A stretch of DNA of 64,000 bases from Eledone cirrhosa (lineage: Eukaryota), in assembly GCA_964016885.1 (NCBI GenBank), contig OZ024757.1, positions 12,214,001 through 12,278,000 on the forward strand. Direction: 5' to 3'. The notes beneath the pieces were generated by a model, which saw nothing but the letters and a program-made list of their open reading frames with translations, ran no database searches and was not told the origin of the DNA. Positions within the stretch are counted from its first letter, which is position 1. Each line of letters begins with the position of its first letter. The translations under genes and the position numbers were made by a program. Of this stretch, positions 1 through 13,566 are shown in pieces.

Positions 1-83
1 TATATACATATATATACATATATATATATACATATATACATATACATATATACATATATATATATATACATATATATACATAT

Positions 84-133
<50 letters not shown>

Positions 134-170
134 ATATATATACATATATATATATGTATATATATATATA
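1..170. repeat. Imperfect (TA)n microsatellite with CA variants
   Basis: Read directly. Similar tracts separate almost every island in the window. Confidence 0.95.
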
Positions 171-317
171 TTGTTATACTTTGGGAGGGTCATGTTGCCA
201 ATAAGAAACACAGGCACCAGTCGCTTTCACTTCAATTTATTATATATTTATAAATTTATAAATTTATAAATTTCTGGTTGGTTGGTTGGTTCCACAACCA
301 GATAGTTGTTTATATAT

Positions 318-362
318 AGTCATAGTTTTTTCGTCACACACTCTGTGACCTCTTCAGTGACT
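318..362 (-). ncRNA. Type I hammerhead ribozyme (family A, left arm)
   Basis: Minus strand: AGTCA CTGAAGA GGTCACAGAGTGTGTGAC GAAA AAACTA TGACT. One stem III substitution. Confidence 0.7.
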
Positions 363-986
363 GGGAATTCCTGTCTTTGTTTCTGTGCCTCTCCTTTGTT
401 CTGTCCTACGCCATGTTGTTTCTGTGTGTGTGCTGTGTGCTCATTCTGCGCATGCTCCACATCCGGGTGTCTGTGTGTGTTTATGTTCATTTATTTATTT
501 GTTTATTTACATGTTACTGGTTGGTTGTTTGTTCTATGTGTGTGTGTGTTTTCATTTTGTCCTTAATTGTAAGTTGTGATGTTGCTGTTCCACTCATATT
601 TTCTATTTAATTTTGGTTGTAATTCTTTTATGTTTATTGCCTCTGTAATGTGTCTAAAGACGCAATGTTTAGATAAAAAAAGACGCAATGTTTAGACAAA
701 TTACAGAGGCAATAAACATAAAAGAATTACAACCAAAATTAAATAGAAAATATGAGTGGAACAGCAACATCACAACTTACAATTAAGCACAAAATGAAAA
801 CACACACACACATAGAACAAACAACCAACCAGTAACATGTAAATAAACAAATAAATAAATGAACATAAGCACACACAGACACCCGGATGTGGCGCATGCG
901 CAGACTGAGCACACAACACACAGACATAAACAAAATGGCGTAGGACAGAACAAAGGAGAGGTACAGAAAGAAAGAAAGGAATCCCC

Positions 987-1031
987 AGTCACTGAAGAGG
1001 TCACAGAGTGTGTGACGAAAGAACTATGACT
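987..1031 (+). ncRNA. Type I hammerhead ribozyme (family A, right arm)
   Basis: AGTCA|CTGAAGA|G-GTCAC..GTGAC|GAAA|GAACTA|TGACT. 5-bp stem I, 5-bp stem II, minimal stem III, CUA site. Confidence 0.8.
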
Positions 1032-1239
1032 ATATATAAACAACTATCTGGTTGTGGAACCAACCAACCAGCCAACCAGAAATTTATAAATTTATAAATT
1101 TATAAATATATAATAAATTGAAGTGAAAGCAACTGGTGCGTGTGTTTCTTATTGGCAACATGACCCTCCCAAAGTATAACAATATCGGTTTCAAGACACG
1201 ATTTCAGATAAAGAATCTTGCTAAACAAATTCAGAAACG

Positions 1240-1323
<84 letters not shown>

Positions 1324-1324
1324 G

Positions 1325-1377
<53 letters not shown>

Positions 1378-1446
1378 GTATATATATATAAATGTAAGTA
1401 TGTATGTATACGTACATACATATATGTATACAGACGTACAGTAGCA

Positions 1447-1512
<66 letters not shown>

Positions 1513-1701
1513 TATCCATACATATATATACACATATGCATACAGGTACACATACATATATGCACGCATCAGTTTAGTCGACGTTTATTATAACGCCGGC
1601 CGCTTTGTTCGTTTGTTTGTCAAAAAAGCGAACAGCCTGAATTTATGCCATACGGTGTTAAGGCAACCACGTCACCTTTTTGTTCAACACTGACACAGGA
1701 A

Positions 1702-1742
1702 CGACGTACTAGTTTCAAGCTTGTTAGCTATCATCAGCACCG
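1702..1742 (-). ncRNA. Type I hammerhead ribozyme (R1 unit 1)
   Basis: Minus: CGGTG CTGATGA TAGCT-AACA-AGCTT GAAA CTAGTA CGTCG. Palindromic stem III ACTAGT, GUA site. Confidence 0.85.
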
Positions 1743-1980
1743 TTTACCCATCTGCCAGATAGTTGAACGTTCGAAAGTATATACTTTCCTTATGAAAATT
1801 AACGGCTGAGCAGCCTAATTTGCATATTGAGTGAGTTAAATCGGTCAGGCATACCGAAAACGATAAGTTGAAAAAAAAATGAAAACGAAATTTCATTTCT
1901 CACTCTTAGTATGGCACTTACTTAAATGTAAGTATGTATGTATACGTACATACATATATGTATACAGACGTACAGTAGCA

Positions 1981-2040
<60 letters not shown>

Positions 2041-2215
2041 TATACACAGATGCATACAGGTACACATACATATATGCACGCATCAGTTTAGTCGACGCTT
2101 ATTATAACGCCGGCCGCTTTGTTCGTTTGTTTGTCAAAAAAGCGAACAGCCTGAATTTATGCCATACGGTGTTAAGGCAACCACGTCACCTTTTTGTTCA
2201 ACACTGACGCAGGAA

Positions 2216-2256
2216 CGATGTACTAGTTTCAAGCTTGTTAGCTATCATCAGCACCG
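2216..2256 (-). ncRNA. Type I hammerhead ribozyme (R1 unit 2)
   Basis: Minus: CGGTG CTGATGA TAGCTAACAAGCTT GAAA CTAGTA CATCG. 514 nt from the previous copy. Confidence 0.85.
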
Positions 2257-2584
2257 TTTACCCATCTGCCAGATAGTTGAACGTTCGAAAGTATATACTT
2301 TCCTTATGAAAATTAACGGCTGAGCAGCCTAATTTGCATATTGAGTGAGTTAAATCGGTCAGGCATACCGAAAACGATAAGTTGAAAAAAAATGAAAACG
2401 AAATTTCATTTCTCACTCTTAGTATGGCACTTACTTAAATGCCTTAACACCGTATGGCATAAATTCAGGCTGTTCGCTTTGTTGACAAACAAACGAACAA
2501 AGCGGCCGGCGTTATAATAAACGTCGACTAAACTGATGCGTGCATATATGTATGTGTACCTGTATGCATATGTGTATATATATG

Positions 2585-2660
<76 letters not shown>

Positions 2661-2774
2661 TGCTACTGTACGTCTGTATACATATATGTATGTACGTATA
2701 CATACATACTTACATTTAAGTAAGTGCCATACTAAGAGTGAGAAATGAAATTTCGTTTTCATTTTTTTTCAACT

Positions 2775-2807
<33 letters not shown>

Positions 2808-2877
2808 GTGTATATATATATATATGTATATATATGTACATGTATATATATATCTATATGTATATATGTATATGTAT

Positions 2878-2909
<32 letters not shown>

Positions 2910-2919
2910 GTATATGTAT

Positions 2920-3031
<112 letters not shown>

Positions 3032-3076
3032 TAAGAGAGTAAAACAAAGAAGCCTTCAATACATCAAAAGTCTTTA

Positions 3077-3120
3077 TTAGCCGACAATGTTTCGTCCTAT
3101 TAAGGACTCATCAGGGCAAT
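3077..3120 (-). ncRNA. Type I minimal hammerhead ribozyme
   Basis: Minus: TTGCC CTGATGA GTCCT-TAAT-AGGAC GAAA CATTGTC GGCTAA. Confidence 0.9.
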
Positions 3121-3499
3121 TAAAACAACAAGAAGTAATATCGGCAGATACAAGCCGGAAGCTCCGAAGAATATGGAGTGTACATACACTAAAGTATTGC
3201 AAAAATATATAATAAAAATAATAAAAATATATAATAAAAATTACTAAGGATGTATATAACATTAAGAACCATATTACAAATATAGTCCAAAGCAAAAAAA
3301 CCTAGAGCTAAACAAAGGTGGTTATATTGAGCAGGAATTATATATAATACAATGTAATATAATACAACATACCTTTAAAACATTATGTTATTATTATTAA
3401 AATTAAAATTACAATAAAAATCAAAAGGTACAATATGCATATGTATATATGTGCGCACACGTACACACACATACACATACAACAATACAGCTGCATAGA

Positions 3500-5676
3500 A
3501 ACTATAAAAAAACTACGCTTGAGAATTTGAACCACATCAATAGTGAAGGCCTTAGAATTGTCTCTGACCTCGGCCTCGATAAGTATACCCAGCCATATTA
3601 CCCTCGAGAACCGAGATTCACTCTTAAGGATCATAAGGTTGATTTTATTAGTAACCCCTCTGTTAGACTCATCTGTCCTTCTAAGTCTGATATAGCCATT
3701 ATCAGTAAAAAAAATCCTTGACCTTATTATACTAGATGTTAGGGATAAGGTTAATTTTAACCTATGGGGGAACACTAAGGAAGTTATAGATTGGTTCTCC
3801 GGGATTAATAGACTTGAATCTAATAAGTTTATCCAATTCGATATTGATGCCTACTACACATCAATTTCACCCATCCTCCTCAATAAAGCTTTAATGTTGG
3901 CCATGAGAGTGTCCAGCCTTACACGATCACAGGTAGATAATATACTAGCAGCCCGTAAAACTATTATTAAATTTGAGGACACATTTTGAACCCGTAAAAA
4001 CACGCCCAATAATTTCGACGTTACAATGGGTTCGAGTGATTCGGCCCAGGTTACTGATCTTGTTGGGTTGTTACTCCTTAATGAACTATAATGCTACCTT
4101 CCCGCACCTTATAGGCGGACTATATCGTGATGATGCATTGTTTGTAATTAACTCTAGCACCAACAATGTAGAACATAAGAAGAAGCTTTATAAGTTTTTT
4201 AAAAGCTATAACCTTACGATCACGATAGATAGAAATGATAGAGCGGTTAACTTTTTAGATGTGACTTTGGACTTGGTCACTCATAGTTTTAAACCCTTCC
4301 ATAAGCCTAATGAAATACTTTCTTATGTTAGTCCCAATTCTAACCACCCCAAGTCTATGATAAGCTCTATAATTAAGGGTGTATCTAATCGGATTTCCAC
4401 ACTCTCTAAGGACGTAGAAACATTTAATGAACATGCGGAGTACTATAATAATGCCCTAGCAAATTCAGGTTACTCTAGTAAAATACACTATAATAATAAT
4501 AGTAACCTTAGAAAGTCTCCGCTTACTTTTAATAATAATAACATAATATCACATAACATGGCCATGAATGGGAGTAGCAAACATAGTAACCGTAAAAATT
4601 ATATAGGCGTATCTGAACCCATCCATAAGTTAACCCACCGGACTCGTAATAGTGAATATAATACCTCTAGGAAACAAGTTGAACCCCCTGAGCGCTCACA
4701 CATTGGTGATAATTTTGCTGGATCTTATTCTAATAATGTTGCTCCTACTGATCCTATCATTGGCCCTAATCCTTATGATGGGATTCCGGACAGCAGCAGA
4801 TCTACTGGAGGTAGAAACTGTAATAGACTTAATGAAATTTTGGCTGATTCTATGAATGCGGCTTTAACTAATCCTTGTAGTAACCCTAGTCTCGATGGTG
4901 GGATATTTGATAATGGTAGAGTCGGTAAGAATAAAAATAGAAGGCGATTAAATACTTATTTTAACCCGCCATATAATCAGGAAGTATCAACTAATATCTC
5001 TAGGTCTTTCTTCTCTATCTTAGAGAAAAATGTTCCCCCTTCTCATAAATACCATAGTATTTTTAATAAAAATGTTATTAAACTTTCATTCTCTACCACC
5101 CCTAATATTAGTTCTCATTTAGCTAGCACTAACAATAGGAAAATTAGGGATGGATTCTCCTCTCTACATACTACTAGTCTGAACAGATCTGGCAATGCAT
5201 TACCACCAGAACAGTCCTTATCTAATAGCAATCCTACGTGTAATGCATCACCACTTGAGCCAACCAATAACACCCGGAAGTGCAATTGTAGAGTGAGTGC
5301 TAACTGCCCTTTAAACGGTAACTGCCTTTCTAAGAACATTGTCTATGCTTTTAAGACTAGGTTTAACTCTCATATCTCTAATTTCAAACATGTTAAGTTT
5401 AAGAATTCTACTTCTTTAGCACATTATATCTGGGATCTTAAGGGAGCTAATATACCATATAGCCTTAACTGGCGTTTAGTAGCCCGCTCTACCCACCTTT
5501 CTACACATACTAAGTTTTGTAATCTCTGTATCCTCGAGACACACTCTATAATTTTCTCTAGCGTATCCTTACTTAATAGAAAGTCTGAGATATTCTCTTC
5601 TTGCCCCCACGCTATTTCTAATTCATACTTTTATTATAAACCTAAACGTTCTAGTAGTACAAATTGTACCCATTAG
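3500..5676 (+). pseudogene. PLE reverse transcriptase - GIY-YIG endonuclease, disrupted
   Basis: Motifs TLKDHK, RLICPSKSDI, FIQFDIDAYY, FDVTMGSSDSA, GLYRDD, NFLDVTLDL, FNPPYN, CNCR..CPL..C, CNLCILE. Frameshifts near 3715 and 4075, a TGA at a Trp position, and the YIG motif region deleted. Confidence 0.9.
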
Positions 5677-7481
5677 CTGATATATTCCATTATTTATTTT
5701 TTAGTTTAGGTACTTTTGTTTGCCAACATTATTATTATCATCATTATTATCATTGGTTTTTGATGACTCTTTATTCTAGCTCTCATAATCTTTTGGCTAC
5801 TGTACCATATCTATCTTCTTACGCATTAAATTTTCACTATTACACCTTATGAATGTATATAAGATTATATATTTTACGCTATTTATTTTATTTTATTCTT
5901 ATTTTTATTTTTATTTTTATTTTTATTCGGATTCTCCTTTGGATAACCCCCCCCCCCTTTCCCCCATGCGCACATAAACTTATTGTCAACCCCTCCAAAT
6001 TGACTATGATTATATTTAACCTCTTTTACGCTCCTTTCTATTATGTAATATAGTATATCGACTATATTTTATGCCCCTTTGCATCCTCCATATATTTCTT
6101 CATTTCTGTCCCTATTAGCCTACCTTAATTCTGCTTAAGTCGGTTTTTTAGATATCGTTATGTATATGATGGTAAAAAAATTTCATTCCTTTTTGTAAAC
6201 ATTTGTAACGAAATATTAACGTTTATAAACTTTAATTACTTAAACTATAGCTAATAGTATACTGCCTTATTGGATAGTTTAAATATTTTTAATATTAATT
6301 TATCAAATAGGGTTTTCGAGTCATTTACAGGGGTTGTTTCCTTAGTTTTTACTTAACTACTTAACTGCATGTGAGACCTAAATGTATACGTTTGTTTTTG
6401 TTTTTTAATTTCCGGTTGATTCTATTTATTTATTTTATTCTATATTTTATATTTTATATTTTATTTGTAATACTACTGTGCATTATATTTACTGTCTGGC
6501 ACTTACTCACTCATCCATATACATGTCTGTCTACCAACCTTGTAATTATAAGTAATTATATATTATATTATGTTAATTTATTTTATATAATATATTATAT
6601 TATATTGTATTTTTTATTGTAATATTGATCCTTATTACTTACCGTTAATTATATGTAACATTATGATATGTTAAACTTTATATATCATGTAAGATATTTG
6701 TATTTTTTGTACCATCAACATTTTTTGGGGGGTATTGTACAATTTATTTTTCCTCACCTACTCTGTAACCCAGTATGAATTGATTTGTTAACTTGAGTAC
6801 CATTATATATTGTTTATTATAAATGTTAGTATATTGTATATTATAAATATTAGTATATTATTATTATATTATTATTGTGACATCTATATTGTTTGTGTAA
6901 ATTAACCGGAGATTATATATTCTATTCTATTATATTGTATTATATAGTATATAATTGTATTGTTTATTATTTATTATATGTGCTACTTATAATTATATCA
7001 TATTATTACCTCATGTATATTGGGTAGATGTATTAGTATTATTATTATTATTATTATTTTCATTCCTATCATGCTTATTTTTATATTCAAACTCTTAATA
7101 AGGTTTAATTTGTGCAGTTGAAGATGGATGTGTGTATTGTTGTATGTGTATGTGTGTGTACGTGTGCGCACATATATACATATGTATATTGTACCTTTTG
7201 ATTTTTATTGTAATTTTAATGTTGGTAAAGGTATATTGTATTATATTACATTGTATTATATATAATTCCTGCTCTATATAACCACCTTTGTTTAGCTCTA
7301 GCTTTTTTTGCTTTGGACTATATTTGTAATATGGTTCCTAATGTTATATACATCCTTAGTAATTTTTATTATATATTTTTATTATTTTTATTATATATTT
7401 TTGCAATACTTTAGTGTATGTACACTCCATATTCTTCGGAGCTTCCGGCTTGTATCTGCCGATATTACTTCTTGTTGTTTT

Positions 7482-7527
7482 AATTGCCCTGATGAGTCCT
7501 TAATAGGGACGAAACATTGTCGGCTAA
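7482..7527 (+). ncRNA. Type I minimal hammerhead ribozyme in PLE 3' pLTR
   Basis: TTGCC CTGATGA GTCC..GGAC GAAA CATTGTC GGCTAA. Predicted cleavage after 7521. Confidence 0.9.
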
Positions 7528-7696
7528 TAAGGACTTTTGATGTATTGAATGCTTCTTTGTTTTACTCTCTTAATTTTTCGGCTCTGTTTAACTACATCGA
7601 GCTATACCTTTTACTGTCATTTCTATAATACGAAGAGGGTGTTTAACTCCAACACGCTCCAGTATTTTAACCCTTATATGTATATATATATGTATA

Positions 7697-8075
<379 letters not shown>

Positions 8076-8079
8076 TATG

Positions 8080-8112
<33 letters not shown>

Positions 8113-8151
8113 GTGTATATATATATGTATATATATATATATGTATATATA

Positions 8152-8237
<86 letters not shown>

Positions 8238-8259
8238 TGTATATATATATATACATATG

Positions 8260-8328
<69 letters not shown>

Positions 8329-8333
8329 ATATA

Positions 8334-8404
<71 letters not shown>

Positions 8405-8405
8405 G

Positions 8406-8438
<33 letters not shown>

Positions 8439-8451
8439 GTGTATATATATG

Positions 8452-8504
<53 letters not shown>

Positions 8505-8527
8505 GTATATATATAAATATATATATG

Positions 8528-8564
<37 letters not shown>

Positions 8565-8571
8565 GTATATA

Positions 8572-8667
<96 letters not shown>

Positions 8668-9239
8668 TATATAGGCTTGGCACTTGTTGGTATAAGACGT
8701 GAATTGCCGTCTCTCCAGATTTGAAATTTTAATATTTTAAATCGACAGTAATCGGATTTATGTATGGTTTTAATTCTTCAGAGGACAAGGAAAACATACA
8801 AAAAAGATAATTTTTTGTGCTTTGACGCAATTATTTTGAAGTATATTTTACATATATTACCGTTTTGAACATGTTTATTTTCACTGTATGATTCCTTCAT
8901 AGGAGACAACACACACACGTGCTTTCTATTTTTCTTGACTGCCATACAGAGCATTTTGGTTTAACTTAAGCAGATCTTGTATTAATTTTGATTTTTCTGA
9001 GTAACATAATTTAATTTGATATAATCTTGTTTGATTTGGTATAATCTTATCGATTTCGTTGTTTCTTGTATGATATGCTGATATTACAATAACTTCGTAT
9101 ATTTGTAAACAAACATTTACATTCAGCTTATATATACAACTTACATCGTGTTTCTATATCTCTATGTTTCCGGTTTCTTCCATTCATTAATTTAAATTTA
9201 AAAATTTATTTTTATATTTGTGAACTGCTGTTGCTCACG

Positions 9240-9261
9240 CTGTCTCTATCTCTCTCCTTCC

Positions 9262-9335
<74 letters not shown>

Positions 9336-9402
9336 TCTCTCTCCCTCTCTCTCTCTCTCTCTCGATCAACGAGCTCTCTTTCTCCATCTCTCTAGATCAA
9401 CG

Positions 9403-9456
<54 letters not shown>

Positions 9457-9480
9457 ATCTCCTCTCTCTCCCTCTGACCT
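9240..9480. repeat. (CT)n microsatellite upstream of LINE ORF1
   Basis: Read directly. Contains two GATCAACGAG interruptions. Confidence 0.9.
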
Positions 9481-9652
9481 CCCCCCCCCACTCTTCCCGC
9501 TATCTCTCTCGCTCCTCTCTTCTGTCTCCCCCTTTTCTTTTCTTTTCTTCTGTTTCTCTTTCTTTTTCTCGCTGGAGTTATATCTTTATCTCCCTCCCTC
9601 ACTCTGTCCCTCTCTAACTTCCACTGTCTCTCTTTCTCCTCTCCACAGCAAA

Positions 9653-10597
9653 ATGGACTGCATGCAGGAAAAATGTGAAATCAGGAGTCAACGAAACTGG
9701 TCAAAGATGGAACTAGCGGTTTTGATCAAGGGGTGGACCATGGCTGATGGGTCTCCACCAAGCAAAAAGATGGCGGAGAACCTGAAGAACCATGGGTTTC
9801 TGAGGACCCTGACACAGATAGAGAGAAAGAGAAAAGAAATTGAGAGGGCGTATGTCCTCATAGCGCCTCATATGGCGATGCTAAGCCGTGTCCTCAGGGA
9901 GGAGAAAACCGAAGGGAGGGATGAGGAGGAGAGGGAAAAGGAAGAGGAAAAAGAAAAAGAAAAGGAGGAGAGCACAAGCACGGACCTGAAAGAAAATGAT
10001 ATACCCGCCGCCACAGGCAGGGAGGGCAGGCCGGGCAACCAACAAGCTAAGGGCAAAGGTGAAAAGCGAAATCACCTTCCGAAGGAGAACCAAGCGCAGA
10101 GGGACCAGTGGACAACTGTTCAAAGAAAGAACAGAAAGCAGCGAGACACTGGGAGCAAAAAACCCCAAGTAGTGTGCAAGTTTTTCAAGAACGGGACATG
10201 CTGGCATGGAGAGACAGGGATGGGATGCAGATTCGCCCACCCTAGGTCTCAAACGAACTATGCCCATCATACTCGCGCAACATGCCCCAGCCAAAGCCGA
10301 AATAAGCCGCTCCAGAAGTATGCTGATGTCGCGCGTGCTGCACCAACAAGGAGAAGGCACGCACATGCCGACGAGATACAGATGGCAGCAGCAGATCAGA
10401 AAATTTTTTTAGTGATGGCAGAGAAGATTGTGGGACAGCTGACCTGGCTGCATCGTCTCCAGAGCCAGGGTCATCCACACCAGCACTCGAGACCACCGCA
10501 GTTAAGGGACCCAGAGTGGCCGCCGCTGACACCAGACCAGGTGTCATACCGACAGCCATTACTGGCACCCCAAAAGTCACACCAGTGCTGCTGCTGA
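9653..10597 (+). CDS. LINE ORF1 protein: Myb/SANT-like N-terminus, charged coiled region, CCCH zinc finger
   Basis: 314 aa open frame with WSKMELAVLIKGW...RTLTQIERKRK and CKFFKNGTCWHGETGMGCRFAH, directly upstream of ORF2. Confidence 0.8.
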   Translation: MDCMQEKCEIRSQRNWSKMELAVLIKGWTMADGSPPSKKMAENLKNHGFLRTLTQIERKRKEIERAYVLIAPHMAMLSRVLREEKTEGRDEEEREKEEEKEKEKEESTSTDLKENDIPAATGREGRPGNQQAKGKGEKRNHLPKENQAQRDQWTTVQRKNRKQRDTGSKKPQVVCKFFKNGTCWHGETGMGCRFAHPRSQTNYAHHTRATCPSQSRNKPLQKYADVARAAPTRRRHAHADEIQMAAADQKIFLVMAEKIVGQLTWLHRLQSQGHPHQHSRPPQLRDPEWPPLTPDQVSYRQPLLAPQKSHQCCC

Positions 10598-13566
10598 ATG
10601 CCAGGGGGCTGGTGAAAACTCAGCAACATGAGTAAAATTTCCTACCTGGGAGACTTAGCCATAAGCAATCAAGCACTATGCATGGCACTAACCGAAACGC
10701 ACCTGGCAAGCAATATAGCAGATGCAGAAATACATATACCGAAATATACTGTATTTCGTTCGGACAGGAAGGAGAGAACTCATGGTGGGGTTGCTCTGTA
10801 TATCCGTGAAGATGTCACACCAATTGTACTGTTGACACATTCAAACTCAGTCTGTGACACACTGATAATACATATGAAGCAACTACAGACGGTAATATGT
10901 GTCACATATCGGCCGCCCGATGCCCCCAGTCATGAGGGTAAATTTGAGGATAGCCTAAGTAGGATAGAAGAGGTCCTTGACAAACTGGACCAGGGTCTCA
11001 ACATCCTACTGCTGGGAGACTTCAACCTACCAAAGGTCAAATGGCCTGAGGGCCACCTCCTCCCTGGAATGACGTCAATAGAACAGAGACAGACGGAATC
11101 CCTGCTGGCCCTCACACACAGGCTGTTCATGGAGCAAGCAATACTCCTCCCAACAAGAGGCGAAAATGTCCTGGACCTCTGTTTTACAAACAACGAAGTG
11201 CTCATCCACAATGTAAAGGTGACACCAACAATTCTCTCGGATCATAACTTAGTAGAGCTAATGATATGTGGTCCAAGAGAACCAACAGAGACAAAACCAC
11301 CAAGAAGCTCCGGGACGCTATCCAACCTTAACTTCTACAAGGCTAACTGGAAAAAGATTAAGAGTGAAATCCGGAAGCAAACATGGAGTGAAAACATCGC
11401 CACACAAGACACTAACACACAATTTCAACACTTCATGACAACGATACACACCATATGCAAAAAGTGTGTCCCGGAGAAAGAGGCAAACAGACACAAAAAT
11501 CTTATTCCCAGAGATAGGAAAATCCTTATGAGTCGTAGAACTAAACTCTCAAACAAGTTGAATAGTCAACAAAACCAAAACAAGAAGGAGTCCTATTTGA
11601 AACGTGCACTACTTGACACCGAGATTGCACTCAAACTTTCACATCAGAATGAGAGGACAAAGAAAGAGAACAGGGCCATAGAAAACATTAAAACAAACCC
11701 TAAGGCCTTCTTTAAATTTGCAAAAGAAACTGCCTCAGTACACTGCAAGATTGGACCACTCTTCCACACGGACGGTTCATTAACCGAAAATCCCCAAGAG
11801 ATATGTGAAAATACTGAACGAACAGTACAAAAGTGTCTTCACATGTCCACTGAGGCACATGCAAATAACGAAGCCAGAGGAGTTCTTTGATGCCACAACA
11901 CTACATCAAGAAATGGCAACCATCAACCACATAGACATAACGGAGGAGGATGTGGTGTACGCCATTGATGAAATTAGAACAGACTCGGCTGCTGGACCTG
12001 ATGGATTCGCCAGCAGTTCTCCTAAAAATATGTAAGCGGGCCTTAGCAACTCCACTGAAGATGCTCTTCAGAAGCTCCTTGGCTAGCGGTGTACTACCCA
12101 GGGAGCTGAAAGAAGGCACAATATGCCCTATCCATAAAGGGGGTAGTAGAGCGGAGGCCAAGAATTATAGGCCAGTCTCCCTGACGTCGCATATCAGTAA
12201 GGTCATGGAGCGAGTCGTCAAAAAGAAACTAATCACTTTCCTCGAAGAAAATGACCGCCTGACTAGCACGCAACATGGCTTCCGCCCAGGAAGGAGCTGA
12301 CTTACACAGCTGCTACATCACTACGACTGGGTACTGAGACAACTACTAGACAGCTCGCATGTAGACGTGATATATCTTGACTTTGCGAAGGCCTTTGACA
12401 AGGTCGACACCACGGAATGATATGTCACAAACTACACGGACTCGGCATAACTGGAAAAGTAGGTGAGTGGCTGCATGGCTTCCTAAGGGACAGAAGCCAG
12501 GCAGTCGCAGCAAATGGGGCCCTCTCGAGGGAAACACCGATAACAAGTGGGGTGCCCCAGGGGACAGTCCTGGGACCACTACAGTTTTTGGTGGCTCTCT
12601 CGGACATGCCCTCTGTGGTGCATGCAACAACATCCCTCACTAGCTATGCTGATGACACTAAGGTAGCACAGGCAATCAAAAACCCGGCTGACGCTGCCCT
12701 CTTACAGCAGGATCTGGATTCCATATACAGATGGGCGGAAGAAAACAACATGCAGTTTAATGCTGGCAAATTCCAAGCCCTACAATACAAACCTGCAAAC
12801 ACAAACACAAATATAGCGGAACACAGCTACACAGGACCAGGAGGGACCGATATCCCCGTGTCAAAATCGATACGAGACCTGGGCATAGACATGAGCGATG
12901 ATGCATCTTTTTTCTTCTTCACACATCAGGAAGGTGGCGACAACATGTAGACGATTCGCTGGCTGGATCTTGAGGACTTTCCTTACAAGAGATCGAGACA
13001 CCATGTTGACACTGTGGAGGACTTTTGTCCTAAGCCGCCTGGACTACTGCTCGCAGCTGTGGTCACCCCATAGTGTCAAACTAACCACGGAGCTTGAGGC
13101 AATCCAGCGAAGCTACACCAAGAGGATTGCCAAGATGAGGGAGACAAGCTACTGGGAGAGGCTAAAGGAACTGAACCTCTACTCCTTGGAGCGAAGACGG
13201 GAGAGATACGCAGTGATCTACATGTGGAAAATCCTGGAGGGACTAGCACCAAACTTTGGCATTGGGAGCTGGACCAAACGTCGAACAGGACGTCACTGTG
13301 TGGTGCCAAAGGTCCCGTCTTCCACATCTAGAATAAGGAGCAGGTATTGCAATAGCCTGGGATTCAAGGGCCCTCAACTCTTCAACAGGCTGCCGAGGCA
13401 TCTGCGAGACTTGAATGATGTGGAGGTGGATGTCTTTAAGAAACATCTCGACACCTTGTTATCCAGGATCCCGGATGAGCCCACAGCAAGACACGAGAGA
13501 AACCTAAGGGCAGCAGCAACAAATTCCCTCCTACACCAGTGGCCAACCTATACAGGCTGGAGATAA
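10585..13566 (+). pseudogene. LINE ORF2 (APE endonuclease + reverse transcriptase), several frameshifts
   Basis: [62 protein letters not shown], split over several frames. Confidence 0.95.

Larger units (their letters stand above)
171..1242. mobile_element. Non-autonomous fold-back PLE-end element (family A) in (TA)n
   Basis: 171-649 is the reverse complement of ~700-1182. The right arm has a ~60 nt extra tail to 1242. Each arm has a hammerhead. The spacer has a direct duplication of AAAGACGCAATGTTTAGA. Confidence 0.8.
1391..2776 (-). mobile_element. Retrozyme-like tandem array (family R1): ~2 units of ~515-535 bp plus a terminal inverted arm 2442-2776
   Basis: Units start at ~1391 and ~1925. 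Each has an internal (TA)n and one HHR. Inversion at ~2441. No coding capacity. Confidence 0.8.

Noticed and set aside
3985-3992. In-frame TGA in a Naiad-like PLE as possible selenocysteine
   Set aside because: It aligns with Trp in the 32621 ORF (TGG>TGA decay). The ORF has other lesions, and I found no convincing SECIS. The stop at 32936 is TAG.
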